Assembly: GCF_006345805.1 (NCBI RefSeq)
Contig: NC_043019.1
Span: forward strand, 4,587,360 to 4,651,359
Direction of reading: 5' to 3'
Origin: Octopus sinensis
Taxonomy: Eukaryota
DNA length: 64,000 nucleotides
In this document: positions 35,551 through 47,489 of the stretch, in pieces
Position numbering within the stretch: position 1 is the first letter of the stretch
How the letters are laid out: each line of letters begins with the position of its first letter
Notes under the pieces: generated by a model
Told to the model about the DNA's origin: nothing
Seen by the model: only the letters and a program-made list of their open reading frames with translations
Database searches by the model: none
Program-made: the position numbers and the translations under genes

Positions 35551-38500
35551 TTGTAAATATGGTTTTTTTTTGGAACACAATGAAAGATTCTTAAATAAGT
35601 CTATTTCATAATTTTTCTCTCTAGTGAATCTAATTGCAGTTAAATGTAAATCATTTCAGCAAAATGTGAAATGATTTAAATTTTGTTTAAACATTAACAC
35701 AGAAAATGAGTTATTAACTAGTATTCAGCTGGATGCCCTGCAAAATTTTCAATATAGAATTACTCTTTTGCTCTTTTACTCTTTTACTTGTTTCAGTCAT
35801 TTGACTGTGGCCATGCTGGAGCACTGCCTTTAATCGAGCAACTCGACCCCGGGACTTATTCTTTGTAAGCTCAGTACTTATTCTATCGGTCTGTTTTGCC
35901 GAACCGTTAAGTAACGGGGGCATAAACACACCAGCATCGGTTGTCAAGCAATGCTAGGGGAACGAACACAGGCGCACAAATACACACACGCATATATATA
36001 TATACATATATACGACGGGCTTCTTTCAGTTTCCGTCTACCAAATCCACTCACAAGGCTTTGGTTGGCCCGAGGCTATAGTAGAAGACACTTGCCCAAGG
36101 TGCCACGCAGTGGGACTGAACCCGGAACCATGTGGTTGGTAAACAAGCTACTTACCACACAGCCACTCCTGCACCTGATAAAAAGATGAAAAGCAAAAAT
36201 TAACCTCTGTGGAATTTGAACTCAGGACGCAAAAGCGGACGAAATGCTGCTAATTATTCTGCCCGGCGTGCTAACACCTCTGCCAGCTCACCGCCCTGTG
36301 CACATTATTTAATTTTTAATTCAGTAATTTGCACAATTGAACTAATATGGTCAGGTGTTAACCATAAAGGTAAAATAAAACAAGATGCTGGAATTATGTT
36401 TGAAGAAAAAGCATAAACTTACAGACAATAATGATACACGTGTGTTAATCAAAGGTTGCCTCTCACCTTACAGGTGAGTTAGGTGAGTTAAAATTACAAA
36501 TAAAATATGGTAAATTAAAAAAAGTATTTTCTAAAATCTAATTATATATGGAGACCCATTGAGTCAAGTACATCAACATCAAAAATCAATGGAAATTGCA
36601 GTTGTGATCCCTGTGCCGGTGGCACGTAAAAAGCACCAACCGATCGTGGCCATTGCCAGCCTCGCCTGGCACGTGAAAAGCACTCACTACACTCACGGAG
36701 TGGTTGGTGTTAGGAAGGGCACCCAGCTGTAGAAACACTGCTAGATCAGACTGGAGCCTGGTGCAGCCTCCTGGCTTCCCAGACCCCGGTCGAACTGTCC
36801 AACCCATGCTAGCATGGAAAACGGACATTAAACAATGATGATGATGATATTCCTGTCATGAAAACTTGTTAAACATTCCGTTCTATATAATGCAACTTTG
36901 TAGAATGCACATTGGAAAGTCAATTTAGTTGACTGTAAACTGGGAGTTTGCATTTTCCAAATCTGGTATTTGTGGTTAATTTTTTGGGGGCTATTTATTT
37001 ATTTTTTTTTTTTGTTCCATTTTTAAGGAGATTGGGTTAATTTGGAAGGATATCCATCTGCCAGACATTTTTTTTTGTCTTTCTCTCAAAAATTGTTTTT
37101 CTTTGAATATTTTCCTTTGTGTTCCTACATCTCCTTAGAACTACAGGTGGCCTCATTATATTCGAGCCTTTCCTGATTTAGTATATAGTAAAACAACATT
37201 CGCAATATTTATTTATTTTCCATACTAGTGCCAGTGGTTCAGTGATACAATGCTTGACTGCAACGTGGTGGCTTGGGTTCCATTCCCGGACAGTGCAAGC
37301 AACCCTTTTTCAAGGTGGTGCTCCAGCATGGCCATCGTCAAATACTGAAGCGAGTAAAAAAAAAAAATAGATACCAAACTAACTGTCACTACCATCCAGC
37401 CATAGAAACATTGCCAGATCAGACTGGTCCTGGCGCAGTCTCCTGGCTTCCCAGACCCCAGTTGAACCGTCCAACCCATGCTAGCATGGAAAACGGACGT
37501 TAAACGATGATGATGATGATCTCTGTATGCAGTTAGTAACAAGTTAACTTCTTGCTGTTGGGATTATTTCATTTGAGGGCTGGGCTCAAGAATACAATGC
37601 GTCTTCCAGTCCAGGAATCAAAACCACAGTCTTATGATCACGAGTTCAATACCTTAACCACTAAGCCATGCACTTTCACACTTTGCAGAGTGTACCTAGG
37701 TGCTTTTTGCCTGGCACCAGCACTAGCAAGGTCGCCAAATAACTTGCGAGACCCCTCAGTTGAAAGTGGGGGTAGTATTGAGAGAGGTGACTTTGTGCCA
37801 GGTGATTAGAGGTTAAGGATTAAATAGAGGGACAGAAATAGGTGTCTTGCAGTAGAGGGGAGATTTGGCTACTTCAGTAGGAGAGAGAGAGAGAAGAGGG
37901 AGGGAGAAGACATGACGAAGGATGTGTGATACACTCAAGTTACAGTGAAGTGGAACCAGGGATTGGACAATGAGTGGGGGAGCGTTTGGGTGTGTAATTT
38001 TGTGAAAGGAAAGTGAAGTAACGAGAGAGCGCTATAATAAGAATAATTTGTGTTTTTCTAATGTAATTATGAAAGATTGCAAGACACAAGGGAGTCATTA
38101 TTAGTGCTAAACAATATTATATTCTGATTGTTTTTAAGTAGGTGTAGGAGTAGCTGTGTGGTAAGTAGCTTGCTTACCAGCCACATGGTGCCGGGTTCAG
38201 TCCCACTGCATGGCACCTTCGGCAAGTGTCTTCTACTATAGCCTTGGGCCAACCAAAGCCTTGTGAGTGGATTTGGTAGACGGAAACTAAAAGAAGCCCA
38301 TCGTATATATGTATACATGTGTGTGTGTATATGTTTGTGTGTCTGTGTTTGTCCCCCAACATCGCTTGACAACCGATGCTGGTGTGTTTAGGTCCGGCAA
38401 AGCAGACCAATAGAATAAATACTAGGCTTACAAAGAATAAGTTCTGGGGTTGATTTGCTTAACTAAAGGCGGTGCTCCAGCATGGCCGCAGTCAAATGAC

Positions 38501-38630
38501 TGAAACATGTAAAAGAGTAAGTGAAAAACTGTGTAATACATGATTGTGTGAGGGTATTTTGTTTGTGTAAATAACTATGAAAATAACATCTGCTGAGATG
38601 TTCATTTAAAGCATGCATATAATTTTACAG

Positions 38631-38709
38631 GTGGGATTGGAATGTCAACCCAGAACAGTCTGAATTTGTCAACTCTCCTAAGTCGACCTGTAAATTCAAG
38701 TTCGGACAG
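38631..38709 (+). CDS. ADRM1: ADRM1 coding exon 5
   Basis: TTTTACAG|(G)GIGMSTQNSLNLSTLLSRPVNSSSD+2 nt|GTAAGC; 79 nt, phase 1-2. Keeps frame with both neighbours. Confidence 0.8.
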
Positions 38710-38735
38710 GTAAGCTGAAAAAAAAACAGAAACTA

Positions 38736-39655
38736 TTGGGTCATCCCATAAATAATGTGGTTTTTTTTTTTATACTTTTTATTTTTCAAAATTCAGATAA
38801 ACAAAATTCTTTTTTAATCTAAAATATTCTCTCCTCATTTTCTACAATGCTCTTCCATCTGTCTGGTAGACTTGCTAGGCCCATCTTCCAAAATTCATTT
38901 GTCTGTGACAAAAAAATTCTCCTCCAGTACTTTTGTGACCTTGTCTACAGAATTCATATTTTTTCTGTCCAAATGATTTTGAAGACTGTGGAATAAATGA
39001 TAATCAGATAGGGCAATATTTGGTGAATATGGTCAGTGGGGCATCGTTTCCCATTCAAACTGCTCCAGCCTTTGGAATGTCATCTTCGCTGTATGTAGCT
39101 GAGCACTATCTGATGGAAGAACACCTTTCATCTTGAAACCAAAAATGATCGTTTTTCTTCTAGTGTTGGTGTTGATGAATGGTTGAATGACCAAATCCAA
39201 GCTTCTCTGCTAGGTCTGCAACAGTTACAATGGGATTTTGTTTCACCAGGGTTTGCAGGACATCCCCATTGAGCTCTACAGACCTTTCAGGATGAAGCTT
39301 ATCTTCTAGGCTGTAGTTTTGAACTTGGAATTTCTGAAATCACCGTTGACACTGGTTTATGCTTATTGTCCAGTCCCCATATACTGCATTAATATTCATC
39401 ACACTTTCTGTTGCATTGTTGCCTTTATTGAACTCATAAAACGAAATATGCCAAATATGTTCCTTTGTCACTTCCATTATAGCTTTGAAAAAATTAGTTA
39501 AAATCGAACTGCACTCTTCAAAACTTGCACTAAGAATAAGGACAAGGTAAAATTACTACCTGCTTTTATAGCAAGCTGATGCAGGTAGTTTATCGCATCC
39601 CCCTCTGACTTTTAGTTCATGCAATTGAAAAAAATGCATTTATGGGATGACCCAG
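38736..39655 (-). mobile_element. Internally deleted mariner transposon
   Basis: TA-flanked TIRs (T/C)TGGGTCATCCCATAAAT. Minus-strand decayed transposase: MEVTKEHIWHISFYEFNKGNNATES...NPIVTVADLAEKLG (HTH region) and ...SDYHLFHSLQNHLD...WKSIVEN (C-terminus). Confidence 0.8.
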
Positions 39656-41132
39656 TATATATTTAAATTTTTTTCTTAATGATGTTTTGTAATTCAGTAT
39701 AAGTGTATTCTTTTTGCTTTGCATTTGAATCTGGAGGAACAGTAGTGCATGACATATGCAGAGCATTTGAGTACCATTGTGTAAATAATACTTTCCTTGT
39801 TATTTAACTCTGGGTCTGCTCTGACTGAGCAGGCCTATGCTCAAAAGCGATCTAGTCATGACCATACCTTCTCTTTGTATATCTAGGACAGAGATGGTGA
39901 ATCTGTGATATGCAAGTGTACCATTACTCTAAAACGAAATTGTGTAAATCTCATCTATCTCTATATATAAATGGCAAAATGTCTGTGTGCTTGTGTGTCC
40001 TTTATACAAATCCACAATTTTTCAGTTAGAGTGCTCACACTTTCTATGGTCATTCAAAACCGTCCAAGGGTGGTCATGCACATCTTTACATTTCCCCAGC
40101 CACCCCACAAAGCCATTTAAAAAAATCAATAGAAGTGACTTTTTTGTGAATTTTCTATCCAAAACCCAATCAAAATGCCCGAAACTTGATACGCCAATTG
40201 AATGCCAGCTAGCTGTATGCGATTGGTCGGAAATTTGGACAGTACTCGTGTGTATGTGCGCACGCACGCAGCTGTAGTGCTAGTGTTATATAAAATGTGT
40301 ATGTGATGTAGTTATGGGCTTTGTGGTTGCAATGCTTAGTACCAGGAGGAGTAAAGCTGTTATTGTTTATATTACTTCCTGCCTCTTTACATATCGGTTT
40401 CATTCTGAAGATAATCCTCAGATAAGAAGGTTGGATTGTTATGTTCAAATAAGTGCTGCCTTAGCTGTGCGGTAAGAAGTTTGCTTCCCACCCACATGGT
40501 TCTGGGTTCAATCCCATTGCGTAGCCCTGGGCTGACCAAAGCCTTGTGCATAGATTTAGTAGATGGAAAGTAGAAGTAGGCGCAGGAGTGTCTGTGTGGT
40601 AAGTAGCTTGCTAACCAACCACATGGTTCCGGGTTCAGTCCCCTTGGGCAAGTGTCTTCTGCTATAGCCCCGGGCCAACCAATGCCTTGTGAGTGGATTT
40701 GGTAGACAGAAACTGAAAGAAGCCTGTCGTATATATGTATATATATATGTGTGTGTGTCTGTGTTTGTCCCCCTAGCATTGCTTGACAACCGATGCTGGT
40801 ATGTTTATGTCCCCGTTACTTAGCGGTTCGGCAAGAGAACCGATAGAATAAGTACTGGGCTTACAAAAGAATAAGTCCCGGGGTCCATAATTTGTAACAA
40901 TTTGCCATTGATGTTTGTTGTGACAACTGGCGTCTTTCTCATGAAGTTGGTATAGGAACTTCATCAATAGGCATAGGAGTGGCTGTATGGTAAGTAGCTT
41001 GCTTACCAACCACATGGTTCCAGGTTCAGTCCCATTGCGTGGCACCTTGGGCAAGTGTCTTCTACTATAGCCCCGGGCCGACCAATGCCTTGAGTGGATT
41101 TGGTAGACGGAAACTGAAAGAAGCCCGTCGTA

Positions 41133-41169
<37 letters not shown>

Positions 41170-41585
41170 TCGTTATATATGATTCGTTAAATTTTGGTAG
41201 TGATGACTTATGTCCCTCTTAGCGTGTGGCATTTATGTAATAATGCCCTCTATACAATATATATATATATATATATATGCGTGTGTGTGTCTGTGTTTGT
41301 CCACCTAGCATTGCTTGACAACCGATGCTGGTGTGTTTATGTCCCTGTCACTTAGAAGTTCGGCAAAAGAGACCGATAGAATAAGTACTGGGCTTACAAA
41401 AGAATAAGTCCCGAGGTCGAGTTGCTCGACTAAAAAGCGGTGCTCCAGCATGGCCGCAGTAAAAAATGACTGAAACAAGTAAAAGAGAGTAACTGTAGAG
41501 GACTTGTTTTCCTTTTTCTTTCTTTTTTCCTTTTTTTGCTGTAAACTTCATGTTGCCAACTTTGTTTTCATTTGCTGTTTTTTAG

Positions 41586-41869
41586 TGCGAGATCACAAAC
41601 TTCTCAAGGGAGCCGAGCTGAATCTACTTCCAGCGACAGTGCTGCTTCAAGTACCCGTCCCGTGACTGCCACTGCTGCCCTCCCTTCGCAGACAACTGAG
41701 ACAACACCCAGCAGCAGCAGCGGCAGCAGCAGCACTAGTAGCACCACCACTACCAGCACCACTGCTGCCATTTCCAGCAGCGGCAACTCTGCAGCCACCA
41801 AAACTACCGACACCCCCAGACAACAGATACAGTTGAGTGATTTACAGAGCATACTGTCCAATATGCATG
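41586..41869 (+). CDS. ADRM1: ADRM1 coding exon 6 (Ser/Thr-rich linker)
   Basis: TTTTAG|...ARSQTSQGSRAE...TPRQQIQLSDLQSILSNMH|GTAAGT; 284 nt, phase 2-1. IQLSDLQSIL is conserved in human. Confidence 0.9.
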
Positions 41870-43530
41870 GTAAGTTTTTGGTACTCTGGATAACCCTCAC
41901 ACCACTGCAATTTACTATTCCCATGTTCCCTACTTATTATGTAACACCTCAACTAAATCACTAGTTTTAGAATGACAATAGTGATTTAACACTGGATGCC
42001 CTTCCTAACGCCAACCACTCCGTGAGTGTAGTGGGTGCTTTTTGTGTGCCGCCGATACAGGTGCCAGACAAGGCTGGCGAACGGCCACGCTCGGATGGTG
42101 GCGCGTAAAAAGCACCATCCGAGCGTGGCCGTTCACCAGCCTCGTCTGGCACCTGTGTCGGTGGTACATAAAAAGCACCCACTACACTCATGGAGTGGTT
42201 GGCGTTAGGAAGGGCATCCAGCCGTAGAAACACTGCCAGATCTGACTGGAACCTGGTGCAGCCTTCGGGCTTCCCAGACCCCAGTTGAACCGTCCAACCC
42301 ATGCTAGCATGGAAAGCGGACGTTAAACGATGATGATGTTACCATATTTCTTTCAAACTACAGTCTTTGTTTTAATTAAATCTTAAAATAATGAAGAGGG
42401 ATCTTTTCGGTTTGAATGGCAGTTTTTAAAAATAATTTCCACGTAACTAAACACTTTTAAACTTCGTATACTGGTAGAATGTGTTTATAAAACATCTTTT
42501 TCTCTTGGCTTTATTGAGAAAATTCTATAGTTTGTAAGATATTTGTTGTTTTTTTTCTTCAATTTCTGCAATTTCAACCAATCAATGACGTCTATTGAGG
42601 TAAAAAAAACATTCTGAGCCGTATGAATAAGTCCCTCGTTTAAGAAACAGATTGGGTTTGTTTACATTTCTGAAGGAAAAAAAGATACCCTTCCCCCCAC
42701 CCCTAACCTTAAAATAGATTGAAATGCAATAGATCGATACTAGAGTCATAATTATGGGTGACAATTTCATATGACACCGCTAGAAAAAAATGCCGGTCAA
42801 ACCGAAAAGATCCATGGAGAGAAATGCGGCCTCTGTCAAAAGTCATTGAAAAGGTTGCAAGTAGCCACGAAAGAGCTTTGACAAACAAAAACAATACAAA
42901 TGACTAATTGGTTAAGCAAATTAAACAAGAAGGGAGAGGATGAGAGACACTGTTAATTATATTAGTTAGTAGTTAAGTTAGTGTTAGCATGTTTAACGCA
43001 GGGAGCATAAACAAATAATTGGTTGGTAAGGGGGTGAACCCCTCAATGTTAAAATCTACCCGCCTGACTGGCACATAAAAGCATCCACTACACTCTCGGA
43101 GTGGTTGGCATTAAGGAAGGGCATCCAGCTGTAGAAACTCTGCCAGATCAAGATTGGAGCCTGGTGCGGCCGTGTGGTTTGCCATCCCTCAGTCAAAATC
43201 GTCCAACCCGTGCTAGCATGGAAGGCGGACGTTAAACGATGATGATAATGATGATGATGATGTTTGAATTATACTGGTGAGTGTGGGAGACAATTCTGGA
43301 CCCATTTTGGTCTTGTCAGAGTAGTGGTGGCAGAATCACTTTACTCTTTTACTTGTTTCAGTCATTTGACTGCGGCCATGCTGGAGCACCGCCTTTAGTC
43401 GAGCAAATCGACCCCGGGACTTATTCTTTGTAAGCCCAGTACTTATTCTATCGGTCTCTTTTGCTGAACCGCTAAGTGACGGGGACGTAAACACACCAGC
43501 ATCGGTCGTCAAGCAATGCTAGAGGGACAA

Positions 43531-43561
<31 letters not shown>

Positions 43562-44866
43562 TATATATACATATATATGACAGGCTTCTTTCAGTTTCCG
43601 TCTACCAAATCCACTCACAAGGCATTGGTCGGCCCGAGGCTATAGCAGAAGACACTTGCCCAAGATACCACGCAGTGGGACTGAACCCGGAACCATGTGG
43701 TTGGTTAGCAAGCTACTTACCACACAGCCAGTCCTGCGCCTTATACAAACATACATAGTGTAGCCTGGTCAAATTTCAAAACAACTTCAGGAATCCTGGA
43801 TGCCAAACTGTAATAATGTGACCACTTTTCCATTATGAAGTAGACATCATCCAACTATTGATCGTTGGAATACTAGGCTTATGAGGTACCAATGTCTTGG
43901 GCCAGAATATGTCCTACCTTCACCATAGAAATGTTACAGATGATTCTGGTAATCTTAGTGTCTGTCATTTGGCAATAAAATGGAAATCTGTTTTGTCCAT
44001 AATTTGTAACAATTTGCCATTGATGTTTGTTGTGACAACTGGCGTCTTTCTCGTGAAGTTGGTATAGGAATTTCATCAATAGGCATAGGAGTGGCTGTGT
44101 GGTAAGTAGCTTGCTTACCAACCACATGGTTCCGGGTTCAGTCCCACTGCGTGGCACCTTGGGCAAATGTCTTGGGCCGATCAAAGCCTTGTGTGTGGAT
44201 TTGGTAGATGGAAACTGAAAGAAGCCCGTCATATATATATATATATTTGTGTGTGTCAAACCGTCAAACCCATGCTAGCATGGAAAACGGACATTAAACG
44301 ATGATGATGATTTTGTCACATAAAAAGCACCCAGTGCACTCTGTAAAGTGGTTGGCATTAGGAAGGGCATCCAGCCATAGAAACCAGGCCAAAACAGACT
44401 GGAGCCTGGTGCTGCCGTCTGACCTGCCAGCTCCTATCAAACTGTCCAACCCATACCAGCAGAGGAAACAGATGTTAAAAGATGATGATGATGACTTTCT
44501 GTTTCTATGATGCATTAAATATACTTTATTCCTGAGAGACATTTGAACCTCTTACAACTTTTCACTAGTTTCTTGTAGAGAAAAAAAAATTCTTGCTCAG
44601 AACAAAAAGGTCCTAGAATACCCCTAGTCAGCTATGAGTACCTTCTAATAGAATAAATACCAGGTTTTTTTTTTTCAAAGTCTGGAGCTTATTCTATCAA
44701 TCTCCTTTTTGCCAAATCATTGATGAATGTGTTTCAAACACTTAATTCTCTTCAGCACCAGATACTGTTCTTGGCTGCACATGTTTGTCCTTTTGTCTAT
44801 TTTGTGAAAAATGTAGGGAAATTTTGTTTTCAATATTCTAATAACATTCCATTTAATTTTTTTCAG

Positions 44867-44890
44867 TTCCAGTTGACAAAGTTCAAGACA
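44867..44890 (+). CDS. ADRM1: ADRM1 coding exon 7, a 24-nt microexon ((V)PVDKVQD)
   Basis: Long T-tract-CAG acceptor, GTAAGT donor, phase 1-1. It restores the MH-VP alignment with human MNVPAG...VDLASVL. Confidence 0.75.
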
Positions 44891-45445
44891 GTAAGTACTC
44901 GGCACTTATTCTGCCAGTTTTCTAATTGATATAGCAGGAAAAATATGAAATATTTCTGACAATGGCAACATACAAGTTTCCATCAAATCACACAAATCAT
45001 CAGATCTTTGAACCGTGCTGGTGGCACGTAAAAAGCACCATCCGATCGTGGCCGTTTGCCAGTCTAGTTTGGCACGTAAAAAGCGCCCACTACATTTAGG
45101 AGTGGTTGGCGTTGGGAAGGGCATCTAGCTGTAGAAACACTGCCAGATCAGACTGGAGCCTGGTACAGCCTCCTGGCTTCCTAGACCCCAGTCGAACCAT
45201 CCAACCCGTGCTAGCATGGAAAGCGGACATTAAACGATGATGATGATGTTTCTAATTTAGAGCAATTAACAGTTTTTCAGGAGAGAGCTTTAATTGATTA
45301 TATTGATCCTGAAGGTATAAAAGACAAAGTTGACCATGGCAGGATTTGAACTAGGGATGTGTGGTGCTGAAATAAATATTGCAGAGCATTTTTCCAATAC
45401 CTTACCGATTCAGCCTGCGTATTGCCCGATTAGTGGTTCCAGACA

Positions 45446-45620
45446 CATCATCATCATACGTGGAGCCAACTAGGTCCAATCTTGTTGGCAAGTCCCATGC
45501 CAGCCCCTCTGCATCCTCCGATGTGATGTTGAGCCTCTGGAGATCTTCCTTAATCACATCCATCCATCTGGTTTGGGGCATGCCATGAGGCCTGTTCTAA
45601 CCCAAAGCTGTTGTGTCAAA
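45446..45620 (-). mobile_element. RTE-type LINE 3' end
   Basis: Minus strand reads RPHGMPQTRWMDVIKEDLQRLNI... followed by (TGA)n. Confidence 0.6.
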
Positions 45621-45916
45621 TGAGAATATAGGCCTTGTACAAGGCCCCAATAATCTTGCTGGAGGCGGAGGATATGTCTGTACCAGTGCATGCAATGGCT
45701 AGCTATGAGGTGAGACTACAAAAGAAGCGGCATGTGTATGTGTGTGTTTATATATATATATTTTATTTTGCTTCACCACACACCGAACTTTAGAAATAGC
45801 AGCCAAAGAATCTAGCTATTTCTTCTACTGTAAGAAACAACTCCCAGACAGTATATACTCAAAAACATATCACGTAGGCAGATAAGGAAAACAATGGAAT
45901 TCCTTGTTTTTCATTG

Positions 45917-45948
<32 letters not shown>

Positions 45949-46566
45949 TCGAAACGTGGAGTAGATGAAACAAAGGCGGCTGAAGAAGGGGAATTTTCCT
46001 TGTGTTATTTGTCCTGTACTCTATTTTTTCGTTGTTTAAGAAAAATGTCCATTTCCTTGGTTTTGTGTTTATGTTTTTCGTTTCTCATTGTGTTCGACGT
46101 GTTTTTGGTGTCCTGTACCCATATATGCATGTATATATACATGTAGTATATATGCATATGTTTTATTTATTTAATTTATTGTATGACGGAACTCACGCAT
46201 CCATTTCTAAGTAAGATTATTCTTAATATATATATATATATAGTTGTGTAAATAAAATAATAAAGGTGGCTATACACAATATAAAGCCAAAAGGGAAAAA
46301 TTCATTTGTCACTAATTGTGACTGACGGTGCAGGGTAGCACCTACATTGCTAGAAATAAAAGCTAAAAAAAACTCTTTGCTTCAAGGAAGCAAAGTTCCC
46401 TACACTGACAGGGGAGATAACCACCCAACAGCAAGCAAGATCACCATACTGGTCTAGTTTCGTTTAAAATTTAAGTTTATCAGTAGTGACCTCTCCATTA
46501 CTTGCTCTTTCTGTCTATCATATATATATTATATATATATATATTATATATATATATAAAGAACAA

Positions 46567-46885
46567 AAGCCATTTAAGAAACGCACAAAACCGTTAGATT
46601 CACTTCAACATTTAAATTTAATTTGTCAAAATATTTTCTTCGCTTTGAGACCGCGACCTGTTCACTGACAAAGTTTCTAGATGCAGCACAAAGTTTTGTC
46701 AGTGAACAGGTCGCGGTCTCAAAGCAACGAAAATATTTTGACAAATTAAATTTAAATGTTGAAGTGAATCTAACGGATTTTGTGTGTTTCTTAAATGACT
46801 TATAAACACCTTCCACACTGCAATTGTTTTCGGTCCAGCACACGATCTCAGATCAAGTCACTCGCTATGCAAGTACATCTCCGTA
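46567..46885. mobile_element. Penelope-like fold-back repeat (arms of about 106 bp) carrying hammerhead-like folds
   Basis: 46567-46672 is the reverse complement of 46695-46801 with few mismatches. The Penelope assignment is inferred from the inverted arrangement and the hammerhead motif. Confidence 0.65.
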
Positions 46886-46987
46886 ATATATAAATATACG
46901 TGTATATATATATATGCATGGCATTATTGAATCAGTATATTTTTTTTGTTTCCTGGTGGTCATCAATTTTCTGTTCTCTTTTCTAAG

Positions 46988-47148
46988 GTATCGAACTCTC
47001 TCAAGTCCTGAAACCGGACGACATCATCCCAATTTTGGCCAATTCTGAGATACAGCAGCATCTTCTGCAATATCTTCCCGAAGGAGAAATGTTGCCACGC
47101 ACTGAAGAAGAACTTCGCAATACAGTTCAGTCACCACAATTCCAACAG
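46988..47148 (+). CDS. ADRM1: ADRM1 coding exon 8 (DEUBAD domain start)
   Basis: TTCTAAG|IELSQVLKPDDIIPILANSEIQQHLLQYLPEGEMLPRTEEELRNTVQSPQFQQ|GTAAAT; 161 nt, phase 1-0. Confidence 0.95.
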
Positions 47149-47365
47149 GTAAATTAGAAATTTGATTCACCTTCTATCAATCTGCATTGCATATTTCTCC
47201 TTTCGTCTCCCTTGTTCTTCAAATTCCACTGACTGGATGGTCACTATTGAACTTTTAGAGATTATGTAAATTTGTTAATTTGCATGCACTTCAAACCCAC
47301 GCTGACATTAGTGCAGAAAAGGGTAAAGAAACTAGGTTGTTGTAAAATGCAAATATTTTGTTTGA

Positions 47366-47489
47366 TGTTCTCTTTTCTAAGGTATTTAACTCTCTCAAGT
47401 TCTGAAACCGGATGACATCATCCCAATTTTGGCCAGTTCTAAGGCACAGCAGCATCTTCTACAATATCTTCTCGAAGGAGAAATGTTGC
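47366..47489 (+). pseudogene. Partial duplicate of ADRM1 exon 8 (acceptor plus 108 nt) with an in-frame stop
   Basis: About 92% identical (about 10 substitutions counted by eye) to 46972-47095. ATC GAA has changed to ATT TAA at 47384-47389. Confidence 0.85.

Noticed and set aside
45949-46000. CGAAACGT followed by CTGAAGA
   Set aside because: The motifs are in the wrong order for a type I hammerhead and no stem II is present. At most a truncated repeat end.
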